The notes beneath the pieces were generated by a model, which had not been told where the DNA came from, ran no database searches, and worked only from the letters and a program-made list of their open reading frames with translations. Made by a program: the position numbers and the translations under genes. A stretch of DNA of 64,000 nucleotides from Candidatus Marinacidobacterales bacterium (GTDB lineage Bacteria > Acidobacteriota > Vicinamibacteria > Marinacidobacterales > SMYC01): contig CBDCYI010000011.1 of NCBI GenBank assembly GCA_965224085.1, positions 864,001 to 928,000 of the forward strand. Direction: 5' to 3'. Shown here piece after piece: positions 39,681-51,463 of the stretch (position 1 is the first letter of the stretch; the number at the start of each line of letters is the position of its first letter).

Positions 39681-40423
39681 TAGCTTTGAAAACGTTCGAG
39701 AAAGGCACGGGTGCGCGCTTCGCGCGGTTTGGTGAAGAGCGCTTCCGGATCACCTTGCTCGACGATCTCGCCCGCATCCATGAACAAGACGCGGTCGGCG
39801 GCTTCACGGGCGAAGGCCATCTCGTGACTGACGATGAGCATGGTCATCCCTGACGCGCGCAGCTCACGGATGACCTTGAGCACGCTTCCCACGAGCTCTG
39901 GATCGAGTGAGCTTGTCGGCTCGTCCATGAGGAGCGTCTGCGGCTCGAGCGCGAGCGCTCGCGCGATAGCGACCCGTTGCTTCTGGCCCCCGGAGAGCTC
40001 GCCCGGGTAAGCATCTGCTTTGTCGACGAGCCCGACCTGCTTGAGCGCGGCCCGCCCCGCGTCCTCGGCTTCGCGCTTCGGCTGATCGAGCACTTTTCGA
40101 AGCGCGAGCGCCACGTTCCCGAGCGCCGTCATGTGCGGATAGAGGTTGAACGACTGGAAAACCATGCCCATTTTCTGGCGCAATCGGTTGACGTCGATCT
40201 CGGCGCTCAAGATGTTCTCGCCGTCGAACGAGATCATCCCCGAAGACGGCTCTTCCAGACGGTTGCAGCAACGAAGGAGTGTGCTCTTGCCCGAGCCCGA
40301 GGGGCCGATGAGGAAGAGCATCTCTTTTCGGGAGAGCTCGAGGTCGACGCCCTTGAGGACTTCGACACTGCCGAAGGATTTGCGAAGGCCTTCGATGTGA
40401 AGGATGACGTCGTTCAACGGCAC
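39680..40423 (-). CDS. Amino-acid ABC transporter ATP-binding protein (GlnQ-like)
   Basis: GPSGSGKST, LSGGQKQR, DEPT. Confidence 0.95.
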   Translation of the reverse strand: MPLNDVILHIEGLRKSFGSVEVLKGVDLELSRKEMLFLIGPSGSGKSTLLRCCNRLEEPSSGMISFDGENILSAEIDVNRLRQKMGMVFQSFNLYPHMTALGNVALALRKVLDQPKREAEDAGRAALKQVGLVDKADAYPGELSGGQKQRVAIARALALEPQTLLMDEPTSSLDPELVGSVLKVIRELRASGMTMLIVSHEMAFAREAADRVLFMDAGEIVEQGDPEALFTKPREARTRAFLERFQS

Positions 40424-41223
40424 GTCGTTTCGTGTGGCGTGGGATCGAAGCCGTCGAGCTCACGAATGCCGTAGCCCTCGTAGACGGTCGCAGCCGCCGA
40501 GCCTTCGGCGGGTGCCTCCCCGAGCCATTTTTCATGGATGCCCGCAAGAGTGCCGTCCAGCTTCATGCATTCCAGGATTTCTTCCACTTGATTGCGATAG
40601 GCGGCGTCTTCATTGCGAAAGGCCATCGCGAAGGCCCGACCCGAGCGGATCGTGTAGCTCGTCTTCACGAGCGGATTTTTCTGAGCGGCCCAGCTCACGA
40701 CTGAGTGCGCGGCGAGGTTGGCATAAGCGCGCTTTGTCAAGACGGCCTGAATGGCGTCGGCGTTTTTTCCGTAGCGCTGCACGTCGAAGCCGTATTTGTC
40801 AGCGTTGTCCGTCGCCCACACGTCATAGGCGGAGCCGTTATTCACCGCTATCGCCTTCCCCTGCAAATCCCTGGGCGAGGTGATCTCGGGTGAGCGTTTC
40901 CCAATCAGAAACGTGTAGTCGGTGTCGAGATAGCCTTCGGTGAAGAGCACCATCCGGGCGCGCTCCGGTGTCGCGGTGGTCGGGGCGATGACGAACTCGA
41001 ACTTTTTCGCGCCGAGCCCGGCGAACATGCCTGACCACTCGGAGTCCACGATCTCGTAGCCCGGCCGGCCGAGCCGTTCGGCGATCTCCGCGGCCAGGTC
41101 GATATTGAAGCCTTCGGTGGAACCGTCCGGGAGCGCCATCGCGTGCGGTGCGAAGCCGACATCGGCGGCCACCTTCAGAGGCGCTTGTTGCAAGAATGCG
41201 AGCGCGAGCACAAGACCCATCAT
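40414..41223 (-). CDS. Amino-acid ABC transporter substrate-binding protein (family 3)
   Basis: GFNIDLA, TPERA, DGTLAGIHEKW; short signal peptide. Confidence 0.9.
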   Translation of the reverse strand: MMGLVLALAFLQQAPLKVAADVGFAPHAMALPDGSTEGFNIDLAAEIAERLGRPGYEIVDSEWSGMFAGLGAKKFEFVIAPTTATPERARMVLFTEGYLDTDYTFLIGKRSPEITSPRDLQGKAIAVNNGSAYDVWATDNADKYGFDVQRYGKNADAIQAVLTKRAYANLAAHSVVSWAAQKNPLVKTSYTIRSGRAFAMAFRNEDAAYRNQVEEILECMKLDGTLAGIHEKWLGEAPAEGSAAATVYEGYGIRELDGFDPTPHETTCR

Positions 41224-41269
41224 GGGGCGCGATCTTATCAGGACTGCGTGTTTGCGTCCGGCGGCGCGA

Positions 41270-41771
41270 CCGCCTAATATCCGCGAACGAAAAGGGAGAC
41301 ATCCTCCCGCCCCACATCACATTTGCCGAAGAGACGTCGCTCTATCTGGACGATCTGGAAGTGCGCTTGATGTTCCCCGGACCGTCCGAGACGGAGAGCA
41401 ACATCATCGTCCACGTTCCCGAGCGCGGCGTCGCGTTCATGGTGGATGCCGTCGGCGTGCGCGTCGTTCCGTGGCGCAACATGTCGGGGTCGAATCCACA
41501 CGAATGGCTCGCCGTCCTCGAAAAACTGGACGCGATCGACTTCGAGATTCTAGCACCGGGGCACGGGTCGACCGGGAAGAAAGGAAATGTCGGGGAGTAC
41601 ATCGCGTATATGAAAGCGTTGATTGCGGCGGTACAAGACGGCATCGACAAAGGCCACACGCTCGAGCAGATGCAAGAATCGCTGGAGCTCGCGGAGTATA
41701 CGGACTGGACACGCTACGACGAGAACTTCGACATGAACATCGAGGGCGTGCACCGCGAGCTTACGAAGTAG
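41270..41771 (+). pseudogene. MBL-fold hydrolase C-terminal fragment
   Basis: PHITF, ILAPGHG, KGHTLEQM; N-terminal HxHxDH region absent (within ORF 41148..41771). Confidence 0.6.
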
Positions 41772-41899
41772 GTTGACCGTGAGGCTGTCCGCGCCAGACT
41801 GCGCCGGTTACCTTTGGTAACACCTCGCGGGCGCGAGGTTCTCCGTAAAAGCTGTTGCCGAACGCCTTGCGCGAGGCGAAGACCTCAGCGACCGCGAAT

Positions 41900-42705
41900 G
41901 GTATTGTCAAGTTGACGTTGAGCGAGCGAACCTATTGCGTCGAGCTGATTTCCTTTGCTCTCATCGGACGGCACAGGTTACCTCCTGCCAGACGATGAAA
42001 GCGCGGTCTCGTAGCTCCCGATGATGATGCGCTTGCAACAAATGCCGTCCGACGCGAAAGAGGTTTTGCACGAGTCCATGCACGGTCAAGAATCGTTGCG
42101 CCTGCCCAGGAGTTTTAAACTTCCGCATCTGTCGTTCCCGTTGTCGCGTCGGTTCGTGCGAGACTTCGGCTAGGTTGTTTCTGTACTGGTCAGTGTCGTG
42201 GACGACGGACGGCATGACCTCGCGGTGAGCGGCGCTGTAGCTTCTCAGTTTGTCGGTGACCAGCTGCCAGGGCGGACGGCCTTGCCCTTTCAACAGCTTG
42301 CGGAAGAATCGTTTGGCGGCTTTTTGATCACGGCGAGGCTGGACGAGGATATCAATCACATCACCATCTTGGTCTACCGCGCGCCAGAGGTATTGGCGTT
42401 CGCCTTGTATCTTTATGAAGACCTCGTCTAGGTGCCACGTGTCACCAAGGCGACCCTGCCGACGCTTCAGTCGCCGAGCGTATTCCGGCCCGAACTTGAT
42501 GCACCAAAGTCGGATCGCTTCGTAGGAAACCGTGATGCCTCGCTGAGCAAGCAGCTCTTCGACGTTTCGAAAGCTCACGCAGAATCGGTGGTAGAGCCAG
42601 ACGGCGTGGCTGATGATTTCCGGTGGAAATCGATAGCCGTGGTAGCTTGGCGCATCGGTCTTCATTGGACCATTCTGTCAGTCACCAGCTCAATTTGACA
42701 GCAAT
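41900..42705 (-). mobile_element. IS6-family insertion sequence (right end approximate)
   Basis: Left end GGTATTGTCAAGTTGA; partial inverted copy TCAATTTGACA at 42690-42700. Confidence 0.75.
41961..42665 (-). CDS. IS6-family transposase
   Basis: YRFPPEIISHAVWLY, WHLDEV, YLWRAVDQDG, VTDKLRSY, NNLAEVSH. Confidence 0.95.
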   Translation of the reverse strand: MKTDAPSYHGYRFPPEIISHAVWLYHRFCVSFRNVEELLAQRGITVSYEAIRLWCIKFGPEYARRLKRRQGRLGDTWHLDEVFIKIQGERQYLWRAVDQDGDVIDILVQPRRDQKAAKRFFRKLLKGQGRPPWQLVTDKLRSYSAAHREVMPSVVHDTDQYRNNLAEVSHEPTRQRERQMRKFKTPGQAQRFLTVHGLVQNLFRVGRHLLQAHHHRELRDRAFIVWQEVTCAVR

Positions 42706-42879
42706 GGCACCGCCCGCGTGGGCGGAGGTCATCGGAGAGTGACCGAAATCGTTCGTTCACTCGAAAGTACCTTACGTCGAGCACACGGTGACGATGGTGC
42801 GGGAGAATTTCGAGCGAAATCCGCGATGGGACTCGGTGCGGCGTATACTGGCACGACATGAACAAGGGATCGGCTGAGG

Positions 42880-44181
42880 ATGAATAGCGAAGAACAAGTC
42901 TACGTCTCGGATTTATCTCAGCACGAAGGCGAGACGGTCACCATGCGCGGCTGGCTGCATAATCGGCGCAAGAGCGGGAAGCTTCAATTTCTCGTCTTTC
43001 GTGACGGTTCGGGCTTCATGCAGGCGGTCGTATCGAAAGCGGATCTATCGGAACAGGCGTGGGAGCAAACGCGCGCGCTCACACAGGAAAGCTCCATCGA
43101 GCTCGAGGGGACCGTCCGCAGAGACGAGCGAGCGCCGGGCGGTTTCGAGCTGACGGTGAGCGATGTGAAGGTGTTCCAGATTGCCGAGGACTATCCCATC
43201 ACGCCGAAAGAGCACGGAGTGAACTTCCTCTTGGACAACCGGCACCTCTGGCTCCGTTCGAAGCGCCAGCACGCTATCCTCCGTATTCGCAACGAAGTGA
43301 TCATGGCGGCCCGTCGCTATCTGGACGACCACGGATTCGTCGGCTCCGATACACCGATCTTCACGCCGAATGCTTGCGAGGGCACAACGACCCTCTTCGA
43401 AACTGAATATTTTGACCAGAGAGCCTATTTGGCGCAAAGCGGACAGCTCTACAACGAAGCCATCGCGATGGCGGTGGGGAAAACGTACAGCTTCGGGCCG
43501 ACCTTTCGCGCGGAGAAATCCAAAACCCGCCGGCATCTCATCGAGTTCTGGATGATCGAGCCGGAGGTTGCTTATCACGATCTCGATGACACCATCGCTT
43601 TGGCGGAGAACCTGATTTGCGCGATCATCGAATCTGTTCTCGAGCGCCGCCGTCCGGAGCTCGAAGTGCTCGAGCGCGACCTCTCAAAGCTCGAATCGGT
43701 CAAAAAGCCGTTCCACCGGACAACGTACGACGAAGCCGCGAAAAAGCTCAAAGCGAAAGGGACGGACTTCGTTCTTGGAAGCGATTTCGGCGCGCAGGAC
43801 GAAACCGTGCTCGCCGAAGACCTCAACCGGCCGCTCGTGGTCACCCGCTACCCGACCGACATCAAGGCGTTCTACATGCAGCCGGACGCCGAGCGCCCGG
43901 ACCGCGTGCTGTGCGTCGACATCCTCGCGCCCGAGGGCTACGGCGAGATCGTGGGCGGGGGCCAGCGCATCCACGACCCCGACCTCCTCGAGAAAAGACT
44001 GAACGAGCACGACCTGCCGCGCGACGCGTTCCAGTGGTATCTAGACCTGCGGCGCTACGGTAGCGTCCCGCATTCGGGCTTCGGGATGGGGATCGAGCGC
44101 TTCATCTCCTGGATATGTAAGCTCGAGCACTTGAGAGAGGCCATCCCGTTCCCGAGGATGCTCTACCGCCTCTCACCGTAG
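42880..44181 (+). CDS. asnS: Asparagine--tRNA ligase
   Basis: OB fold, [32 protein letters not shown]. Confidence 0.95.
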   Translation: MNSEEQVYVSDLSQHEGETVTMRGWLHNRRKSGKLQFLVFRDGSGFMQAVVSKADLSEQAWEQTRALTQESSIELEGTVRRDERAPGGFELTVSDVKVFQIAEDYPITPKEHGVNFLLDNRHLWLRSKRQHAILRIRNEVIMAARRYLDDHGFVGSDTPIFTPNACEGTTTLFETEYFDQRAYLAQSGQLYNEAIAMAVGKTYSFGPTFRAEKSKTRRHLIEFWMIEPEVAYHDLDDTIALAENLICAIIESVLERRRPELEVLERDLSKLESVKKPFHRTTYDEAAKKLKAKGTDFVLGSDFGAQDETVLAEDLNRPLVVTRYPTDIKAFYMQPDAERPDRVLCVDILAPEGYGEIVGGGQRIHDPDLLEKRLNEHDLPRDAFQWYLDLRRYGSVPHSGFGMGIERFISWICKLEHLREAIPFPRMLYRLSP

Positions 44182-44348
44182 GCTTGCCGTACCGTACCGT
44201 ACGTGGTGGTTTGAAAGCGGCGCAAAGGCATAATGAGCACTAATTTCGTTTAGTGTTCTTGGCGTCCTTGCGGGTCTTGGCGCCTTCGCGTTGGCCTTTG
44301 AAGCAGGCGGTCGCGGGGAGTTTCGTCTTGCGCTAATCTGGTTTCTCT

Positions 44349-45749
44349 ATGACTAAGAAAATCGGGTTCGTCAGCCTCGGATGCCCCAAGAATCTTCTCG
44401 ACAGCGAAGTCATGCTCGGGCATCTCGAGCGCGCCGGATACGGCCTTACGAATGCGCCGGAAGAGGCCGAAGTCCTCGTGGTCAACACTTGCGGCTTCAT
44501 CGATCGAGCGAAGCAGGAAAGCATCGACACCATCTTGGAGATGGCGCGATACAAGGAGACGGGAAACTGCCGCCGCCTCGTTGTGACCGGCTGCCTGGCG
44601 CAGCGATACTCCGAGAATATCGCGAAGGAGCTTCCCGAGGTTGATGCCGTTATCGGACTCGATCAACTTCACATGGTGGTAGAGGCGTCAGACGGTGTTG
44701 CCCGGCGCGTCGAATCTCTTCGCGCAGACGGTTCAGCGGCCTATCTCTATGATCATTTAGCACCTCGGATACGGACGACCCCCGAGCACTACGCTTACCT
44801 CAAGATTTCTGAAGGCTGCGACTATCCTTGCACGTTCTGCATCATTCCGAAGATCCGGGGTGCGTATCGGAGTCGCACACCGGAGTCGATTTTGGCCGAG
44901 GCGGAAACGCTTGCGGCTCAGAAGGTTCGCGAGCTCGTTCTCATCGCGCAGGACACGACCCGATATGGAGACGAATTCGGGATGCGACATGGGCTCGCCA
45001 ATCTTTTGCGCCGGCTAACAGGCGTCGATGGCATCGAGTGGGTGCGTTTTCTCTATGCCTATCCGACGACGGTGGATGACGGGGTTCTCCAGGCGATCGC
45101 GGATGAGCCCGCCCTTTGTCGCTACGTGGATATCCCTCTCCAGCATGCGAGCGACCGCGTTCTCAAGGCCATGAAGCGTCCGGGGACGGGCGAGAGCAAC
45201 AAGGCGCTTATTCAGCGCATACGCGACAACGTGCCTGGCGTTGCCATCCGGAGTTCCTTCATCGTCGGCTTTCCGGGGGAAACGGAAGACGACTTCGAGG
45301 CGCTTCTCGATTTTTGTGCGGGTGTGCGGCTCGATCACGTCGGTGTCTTCACCTATTCGAACGAGGATGGCACAGAAGCTTTCGTCCCGATCGAGTCCGT
45401 TTCGGACGAGGAGAAAGCGCGTCGCAGGGACGTCTTGATGGAGCAGCAATCGGAAATCTCCCGTCAGAAAAATCAGGAACGTGTCGGTTCAAAGCTTCGG
45501 GTCCTAGTGGAAGGTCTTTCCGACGAATCGGACCTCCTTCTTCAAGGGAGGGCGGAGCATCAAGCGCCTGGCATCGATGGGGTCGTATTGGTGAACGATG
45601 GCGAAGCCGAGGCCGGCTGTTTCGCGACGGTTGAGGTCACCGAGGCGCACCCCTACGACCTTGTGGGCCGCGTCTTGGCGACAGAGCCTTCGCAACCTCC
45701 TTCGGCCTTCCGAAATCGGGTTGACAGCTTGAATTCAAAATACCCCTAG
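44349..45749 (+). CDS. rimO: Ribosomal protein S12 methylthiotransferase
   Basis: SLGCPKNLLDSE, NTCGFI, CDYPCTFCIIP, TRAM domain with APGIDG. Confidence 0.93.
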   Translation: MTKKIGFVSLGCPKNLLDSEVMLGHLERAGYGLTNAPEEAEVLVVNTCGFIDRAKQESIDTILEMARYKETGNCRRLVVTGCLAQRYSENIAKELPEVDAVIGLDQLHMVVEASDGVARRVESLRADGSAAYLYDHLAPRIRTTPEHYAYLKISEGCDYPCTFCIIPKIRGAYRSRTPESILAEAETLAAQKVRELVLIAQDTTRYGDEFGMRHGLANLLRRLTGVDGIEWVRFLYAYPTTVDDGVLQAIADEPALCRYVDIPLQHASDRVLKAMKRPGTGESNKALIQRIRDNVPGVAIRSSFIVGFPGETEDDFEALLDFCAGVRLDHVGVFTYSNEDGTEAFVPIESVSDEEKARRRDVLMEQQSEISRQKNQERVGSKLRVLVEGLSDESDLLLQGRAEHQAPGIDGVVLVNDGEAEAGCFATVEVTEAHPYDLVGRVLATEPSQPPSAFRNRVDSLNSKYP

Positions 45750-45757
45750 TTTATAGT
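45729..45757 (+). promoter_or_regulatory. sigma70 promoter of the rimP operon
   Basis: TTGAAT-N17-TATAGT. Confidence 0.55.
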
Positions 45758-45786
45758 TGGTGTTCTAATTTTGTGGTAATCACCAG

Positions 45787-45814
45787 GTGGGCTTCGTTTT
45801 GCCCACTTTTTTTT
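45787..45814 (+). promoter_or_regulatory. rimP leader terminator-like hairpin
   Basis: GTGGGC-N8-GCCCAC followed by T8, upstream of rimP-nusA-infB. Confidence 0.7.
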
Positions 45815-45967
45815 GCTGATTTTGAACGCTCTAAGCCTCTTTCGCGCGACCCCTTAGACAAGTCGAGGTAACTTTTCGAAGTGATTGGAACACTGGAAGC
45901 GTCTTCACCGGCCCTCGCTCCGGTAAAAAACGCGTCGTCTGGATGTATGGAAGGGACTCAAAAGGTG

Positions 45968-46540
45968 ATGTTCGCGGATAGTCTGCTGCCTCAACTCGCG
46001 GGGATCGCACGCCGTGCCGAGCCCCATGGTGTGGACGTCGCCTGGGTGGAGCTCAAGCCGCAGGGGCGACGCTGGGTGTTCCGGGTCTTCATCGAACGCG
46101 TCCAACATGAAGGGTATAAAGAGCATAAAAGGCACAACAGGGATGACGAGGACGGCGTCGGCCTCGAAGATTGCCAGCGCGTCGCCGAGCGCTTGTCGCT
46201 TTTGCTCGACGTGGAAGATCCGATTGAGTCGTCCTATACGCTCGAGGTGAGCTCCCCGGGCCTCGATCGCCCGCTTCACGGGCCCAAGGACTACGAGCGA
46301 TTCGTGGGCAAGCTCGCGCGCGTCAAAACGAAACAAGCGATAGGAGGCCGCAGGCGGTTCATCGGACGTCTTCTAGGTCTCGAGCCCACTAAGCAAGACA
46401 AAAAGCAGGGAGACGACCCCACGATTTTGCTCGACGGAGAGGCCGGTCCGATTCGCATCCGCTTTTCTGCCATCGAGAGCGCTCGGCTCGAGGTGGAACT
46501 CAATCAGCCCTCCCCCCGCAAAGCTAGGAAGCGCGCATGA
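45968..46540 (+). CDS. rimP: Ribosome maturation factor RimP (start uncertain)
   Basis: LEDCQRV, YTLEVSSPGLDRPL. Confidence 0.92.
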   Translation: MFADSLLPQLAGIARRAEPHGVDVAWVELKPQGRRWVFRVFIERVQHEGYKEHKRHNRDDEDGVGLEDCQRVAERLSLLLDVEDPIESSYTLEVSSPGLDRPLHGPKDYERFVGKLARVKTKQAIGGRRRFIGRLLGLEPTKQDKKQGDDPTILLDGEAGPIRIRFSAIESARLEVELNQPSPRKARKRA

Positions 46541-47928
46541 GTCTGCTCTTCGAACATATCGAGCAAATCAGTCGGGACAAAGGCGTCGACGCCGCGATCA
46601 TTATCGAGGCGGTGGAAGACGCGATCCTCACAGCAGCCAAAAAATACTATGGGACGGAGGAGCCTTATCAAGCTCGCTTCAACAAGGAGACTGGCCAGGT
46701 CGAAGTCTTTCTCGTGAAGAAAGTCGTCGATCGAGTCACCGCTCCCGAGATTGAGATTACCCTCGACGACGCGAAGCGGGTGGTCAAGTCGGCGAAGCTC
46801 GGAAGTGACGTAGAGCTTCACAAACCGACCGACGTGCTCGGGCGCATCGCTGCGCAGACGGCTAAGCAAGTCATCTTTCAAAAAGTTCGCGAAGCCGAGC
46901 GCGATCATATCTTCAGCGAGTATGGGGATAGGGTCGGTCAGCTCGTCAACGGTATCGTGAAGCGCGCCGAGACCGGGGACCTCGTCGTGGATTTAGGCAA
47001 GACTGAAGCACTCTTGCCGCGTCGCGAGCAGTCGCGCGCCGAGATCTTCAACCCTGGCGAGCGGATTCGCGTCGTCATCACGCGCGTGTCGCGGCCGGCG
47101 CGCGGGCCGCAAGTCATCGTGTCGCGCACCGATCCGGCTCTACTTGCCGGGCTCTTTGAGATAGAAGTGCCCGAGATCTACGAAGGCACGGTCATCGTCA
47201 AAAACGCCGTCCGGGAGCCCGGCGATCGGGCCAAAGTCGCAGTGCACTCGAGAGAAAAGGACGTCGACCCCGTGGGAGCTTGCGTCGGTATCAAGGGCGC
47301 GCGGGTGCAGAACATCATCCGTGAGCTGCGCGGCGAAAAAATAGATATCGTCGAGTGGAACGATGACGCGCCCACGTTCGCCACCAACGCGCTCAACCCG
47401 GCCAAGGTCAGCCGGGTCTCTATCGTCGATAACAAAGATCGCATCATGGAAGTGATCGTGGCCGACAATCAGCTGTCGCTCGCGATCGGCAAGCGTGGAC
47501 AGAATGTTCGGCTGGCGGCGAGACTGCTCGGTTGGCGGATCGATATCAAGAGCGAAGAGGAGAAAAAACTCGAAGTGCAGTCTCAGATGGACGCCGCGAT
47601 GATCTCCACTGGAACGGATGTCACGGTTCTCGAAGGGATCCCGCAAAAGACTCTCCAAAAGATCGCCACCCATGGGCTCACGTCGCTCGAGAAAGTTTTG
47701 CAATCGCCCGAGAGGGTGACGGAAGTCCCGGGCGTTGGCGAGAAGACCGCGGAAAAGCTGATCGTGGAGGCGCGGGCTTACCTGGATAGGAATCCACCTT
47801 TGAGCCCTGAGAAAGGAAAAGAAGTCTTGGCCCTGTCGGTTGCAGACGGTACGACGGAGATTGCGGAAGGGGACGAGCCGGCCTCGGACGGAGCCGCGTT
47901 GGACGACGCGTCGGGAGGTGAGCGGTAA
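46537..47928 (+). CDS. nusA: Transcription termination/antitermination factor NusA
   Basis: [32 protein letters not shown]. Confidence 0.97.
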   Translation: MSLLFEHIEQISRDKGVDAAIIIEAVEDAILTAAKKYYGTEEPYQARFNKETGQVEVFLVKKVVDRVTAPEIEITLDDAKRVVKSAKLGSDVELHKPTDVLGRIAAQTAKQVIFQKVREAERDHIFSEYGDRVGQLVNGIVKRAETGDLVVDLGKTEALLPRREQSRAEIFNPGERIRVVITRVSRPARGPQVIVSRTDPALLAGLFEIEVPEIYEGTVIVKNAVREPGDRAKVAVHSREKDVDPVGACVGIKGARVQNIIRELRGEKIDIVEWNDDAPTFATNALNPAKVSRVSIVDNKDRIMEVIVADNQLSLAIGKRGQNVRLAARLLGWRIDIKSEEEKKLEVQSQMDAAMISTGTDVTVLEGIPQKTLQKIATHGLTSLEKVLQSPERVTEVPGVGEKTAEKLIVEARAYLDRNPPLSPEKGKEVLALSVADGTTEIAEGDEPASDGAALDDASGGER

Positions 47929-50690
47929 TGGATAAAGTCAGAGTCTATGAGCTCGCCCGAGACCTCGGCATCACGAGCCCGGAAACGATTGCGCTTCTCA
48001 AAGAGAAGCTCAAGATCCGGGTGAAGTCCGCGTCGAGTACTATCGCCGAAGATACCGCGACGAAGCTGAAGAGGCTCTTGCGCCTCGAAGGCGCGAGCGC
48101 GAGCCGGACAAAAGTTGCAAAGGCCGCGGCGCCTCTCGCCAAAGACGGCGCGGACCAGGCGAAATTGGCGCGTAAAGCCCGGGCCGAGAAAGCTCGTCTC
48201 GCGCTGCTCGAGGAAATGGACGAGGAAGAGCGCGCCGAGAAGCAAAAGCTCGAGCGCGCGCAGCGGGAGAAAGAAGAGCGCGAGCGTCGCGAGGCGGAAG
48301 AAGCGTCACGCAGGATCGCGGAAGAGGAGCAAGCACGAGAAGCCGCTGCCGCAGCGGCGGCACTTGCCGAGCTTTCTGCGATCACGGGTGACGAGGAAGA
48401 GATCACGGAGCCGGAGCCGATAGAGCTCGCGCGGGCAGAAGAGACCAAGGCTTCCGAGCTCGTCGGCGCGGCACCACCGATGCCCGGCCCGATGGATCGT
48501 CACGTCGATTTGTCGCCGAAAAAACCCAAACCGCTCCCGGCGCCGGAGCGCCCAAAAGCCACGGTTGACGCAAACCGGGCGACTCCGGCGGCCCCCGAGC
48601 CCGCGCCGCCGCCCGCACCCCCCAGGCGGGAGCAGGCTTTCATGCCTGGCCCCACCTCGCAATACGTTCGCACGCGCCCACCGCCGCCGCGCTCGCCGCG
48701 TCCTGCGCTCGGCCGTCGCGAGCACGCAAGGCCGGGTCCCGCACCGCCGCGTCCCGCCGCGCCCATCAAGCGAGTCGGGACCCATGGCACACCGGATGGA
48801 AGGCCGAAACCAAAGCGCAAGACGAAAAAAGGGCGCACCGCTCCGGTGGCCGATGTCGTCGAGCAGTCGCTACCCGAGCCGATTCCACGCCTCGACGATC
48901 ACAAGCCCGAAACTCCCAAGATACACACGAAAATCAGCCTGACCGAAGGTGTGACCGTCAAGGAGCTCGCCGAGAAGCTCGAAGCGAAGCACAAGGACGT
49001 GATCAAGGTTCTGATGGGGCACGGTGTCCTGGCCACCATCAACCAGACTCTCGACGCCGATACCGCGAAGGAGATCGCGAAACAGTTCGGTGCCGAGGCG
49101 GAGATCCTGACGTTCGAAGAAGACGTGCTCCGCGAAGAGGGGAAAGATGAGAAGCCCGAAGATCTCGAACCCCGCGCTCCCGTCGTGACCGTCATGGGTC
49201 ATGTCGACCACGGGAAGACAAGCTTGCTCGACGGTATCCGCGAGACCAAGGTCCAAGAGCAAGAAGCGGGCGGCATTACCCAGCATGTCGGCGCCTATAC
49301 TGTCGACGTCAAAACTCGTCACGTCGTCTTTCTCGACACGCCAGGTCACGAGGCTTTCACCATGATGCGGGCTCGCGGCGCGGGTGTAACGGATCTCGTC
49401 GTTCTCGTCGTTGCGGCAGATGACGGCGTGATGCCGCAGACGAAAGAAGCCATCGATCACGCGCGGGCTGCGGGAGTGCCGCTTCTTGTCGCGGTCAACA
49501 AAATCGACAAAGCCAGCGCTAATCCCGAACGGGTCAAGCAGCAGCTCAGTGAGCTCGAGCTCGTTCCCGAAGATTGGGGTGGCAATACCGTTTTCGTCGA
49601 GGTCTCCGCAAAGAAGCGCGAAGGACTCGACTTGCTACTCGAGATGATCTTGCTCGTTTCGGATCTGCGAGAGCTGAAAGCGAATCCCGGCCGTGCGGGA
49701 ATGGGGACTGTGCTCGAGGCAAAACTGGACAAGGGAAAAGGGCCCGTGGCTCACGTTCTCGTTCACAACGGGAGCGTGTGCGTGGGAGACCCCTTCGTGG
49801 CTGGTGCCGTGCATGGCAAGGTCCGTGCGATGTTCGACGATCGTGGGCGCAAGATCAAGAACGTCGGCCCGTCCTCGCCCGTGGAAATTCTGGGGCTCAC
49901 CTCGCTGCCGCAGGCTGGCGACCAGTTCCAGGTCTTTCCCGACAGTTTCAAGGCGCGGCAAATTTCCGAGTTCCGTCAGCAAAAGGTCCGCGAGCGCGAG
50001 ATGGCGTCGTCGGCACGACTGACGCTCGACCAACTGCATCGCCAAGTACAGGAAGGCACCGTCAAGGACCTCCCCATCATTGTCAAAACCGACGTGCAGG
50101 GCTCGGCCGAGGTGCTCAAAGACACACTGCCGAAGCTCTCCACCGAGAAGGTCAAGGTGAAGATCATCCATGCAGGTGTGGGTGCGATCACAGATAATGA
50201 CGTGACGCTCGCGCTCGCTTCGAACGCCGTCATCATCGGCTTCAATGTGCGTCCTGAACGAAGTGCCGAGGACCTTGCGGGCAAAGAAAGCGTCGACATC
50301 CGCATGCACACGGTCATTTATGACATCACCGACGAGCTCAAAAAGGCCATGGAGGGCTTGCTCGAGCCGACTTTCAAGGAAGTGACGCTCGGCCGGGCCG
50401 AGGTGCGCGACACGTTCAGAGTTCCGAAAATCGGCCTCATCGCTGGCTGCTACGTGTCCAACGGAAGAGTGTTGCGCAATGCGGAGATACGTTTGCTGCG
50501 GGATAATGTCGTCGTTTTCGAAGGCAAGATCGGAAGCCTCAAGCGATTCAAGGAGGATTCCGGCGAAGTCAAAGAAGGCTTCGAGTGCGGTATCGGTCTC
50601 GCCGGTTATAACGACGTGAAGGTCGGTGACGTGATCGAGGCCTTCACTATGGAGAAGGTGCAGCCGACGCCCGCACAAAGTGCTTTATAG
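47928..50690 (+). CDS. infB: Translation initiation factor IF-2
   Basis: [20 protein letters not shown]. Confidence 0.97.
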   Translation: MDKVRVYELARDLGITSPETIALLKEKLKIRVKSASSTIAEDTATKLKRLLRLEGASASRTKVAKAAAPLAKDGADQAKLARKARAEKARLALLEEMDEEERAEKQKLERAQREKEERERREAEEASRRIAEEEQAREAAAAAAALAELSAITGDEEEITEPEPIELARAEETKASELVGAAPPMPGPMDRHVDLSPKKPKPLPAPERPKATVDANRATPAAPEPAPPPAPPRREQAFMPGPTSQYVRTRPPPPRSPRPALGRREHARPGPAPPRPAAPIKRVGTHGTPDGRPKPKRKTKKGRTAPVADVVEQSLPEPIPRLDDHKPETPKIHTKISLTEGVTVKELAEKLEAKHKDVIKVLMGHGVLATINQTLDADTAKEIAKQFGAEAEILTFEEDVLREEGKDEKPEDLEPRAPVVTVMGHVDHGKTSLLDGIRETKVQEQEAGGITQHVGAYTVDVKTRHVVFLDTPGHEAFTMMRARGAGVTDLVVLVVAADDGVMPQTKEAIDHARAAGVPLLVAVNKIDKASANPERVKQQLSELELVPEDWGGNTVFVEVSAKKREGLDLLLEMILLVSDLRELKANPGRAGMGTVLEAKLDKGKGPVAHVLVHNGSVCVGDPFVAGAVHGKVRAMFDDRGRKIKNVGPSSPVEILGLTSLPQAGDQFQVFPDSFKARQISEFRQQKVREREMASSARLTLDQLHRQVQEGTVKDLPIIVKTDVQGSAEVLKDTLPKLSTEKVKVKIIHAGVGAITDNDVTLALASNAVIIGFNVRPERSAEDLAGKESVDIRMHTVIYDITDELKKAMEGLLEPTFKEVTLGRAEVRDTFRVPKIGLIAGCYVSNGRVLRNAEIRLLRDNVVVFEGKIGSLKRFKEDSGEVKEGFECGIGLAGYNDVKVGDVIEAFTMEKVQPTPAQSAL

Positions 50691-50747
50691 AATTACTTCT
50701 GTGCCTCTGTGGCGTTCCTACCGGCTCGGTCTCCATTGTGAAGGAAG

Positions 50748-51065
50748 TTGAGTAAGAACGCCGCCCAGGAGTCCGGCTCTCCTATCATCGGGCTATTGAC
50801 GATCGAGCTTCATTTTCCAGAGGCTCAATCTCTGAAGGCGAAGCGCATGGTCGTGAAGTCGATCAAGGAGCGCCTGGTCCACCGACACCACGTCGCAGTG
50901 GCCGAGACCGGCTATCTCGAGCTGTGGCAACGCGCGGAGCTCTCGGCGGTGTCGGTCTCGGGCTCACGCAGCGTGCTCGAATCGCAGCTCGAAAAAATCC
51001 AGCGCGAGCTCGAGAATCACTACAGCTCAGAGCTCGTGGGAACCGAGATGGAGCTCATCGAATAG
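50748..51065 (+). CDS. DUF503 (YlxP-like) protein
   Basis: SLKAKRMVVKS...VAVAE...LWQRA; typical position between infB and rbfA. Confidence 0.85.
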   Translation: MSKNAAQESGSPIIGLLTIELHFPEAQSLKAKRMVVKSIKERLVHRHHVAVAETGYLELWQRAELSAVSVSGSRSVLESQLEKIQRELENHYSSELVGTEMELIE

Positions 51066-51067
51066 CC

Positions 51068-51463
51068 ATGGCGAAAACTCGCGGCGAGCGCATGCGACCG
51101 GATCGCGTCGCCGAGCAGATTCGGATGGATGTAGCGCAAATCCTTCAAACCGATATAAGAGATCCGCGCCTTTCGCTCGTGACTTGCACCCGGGTCGAGC
51201 TTACGCGCGACCTTCGCTACGCGAAGCTTTATGTAAGCGTCCTCGCCGAGCGGAGTGCACAGGAACAGACACTGAAGGCTCTCGAAGGCGCCACCGGATA
51301 TGTGCGGCGGCGCCTCACCGAGCGGCTCGGGCTTCGCGTGTCACCGGAGATCCGGTTCATTTTCGACCCGTCCGTGGAGTACGGGATCCATCTAGACGAG
51401 CTGATCGAGAAGACGAAAGAGCAGTCACCAGAAGAAGAAGATCCGGCCGATAGCGGCAACTGA
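51068..51463 (+). CDS. rbfA: Ribosome-binding factor A
   Basis: RVAEQIR, RDPR, DLRYAK, PEIRFIFD. Confidence 0.95.
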   Translation: MAKTRGERMRPDRVAEQIRMDVAQILQTDIRDPRLSLVTCTRVELTRDLRYAKLYVSVLAERSAQEQTLKALEGATGYVRRRLTERLGLRVSPEIRFIFDPSVEYGIHLDELIEKTKEQSPEEEDPADSGN

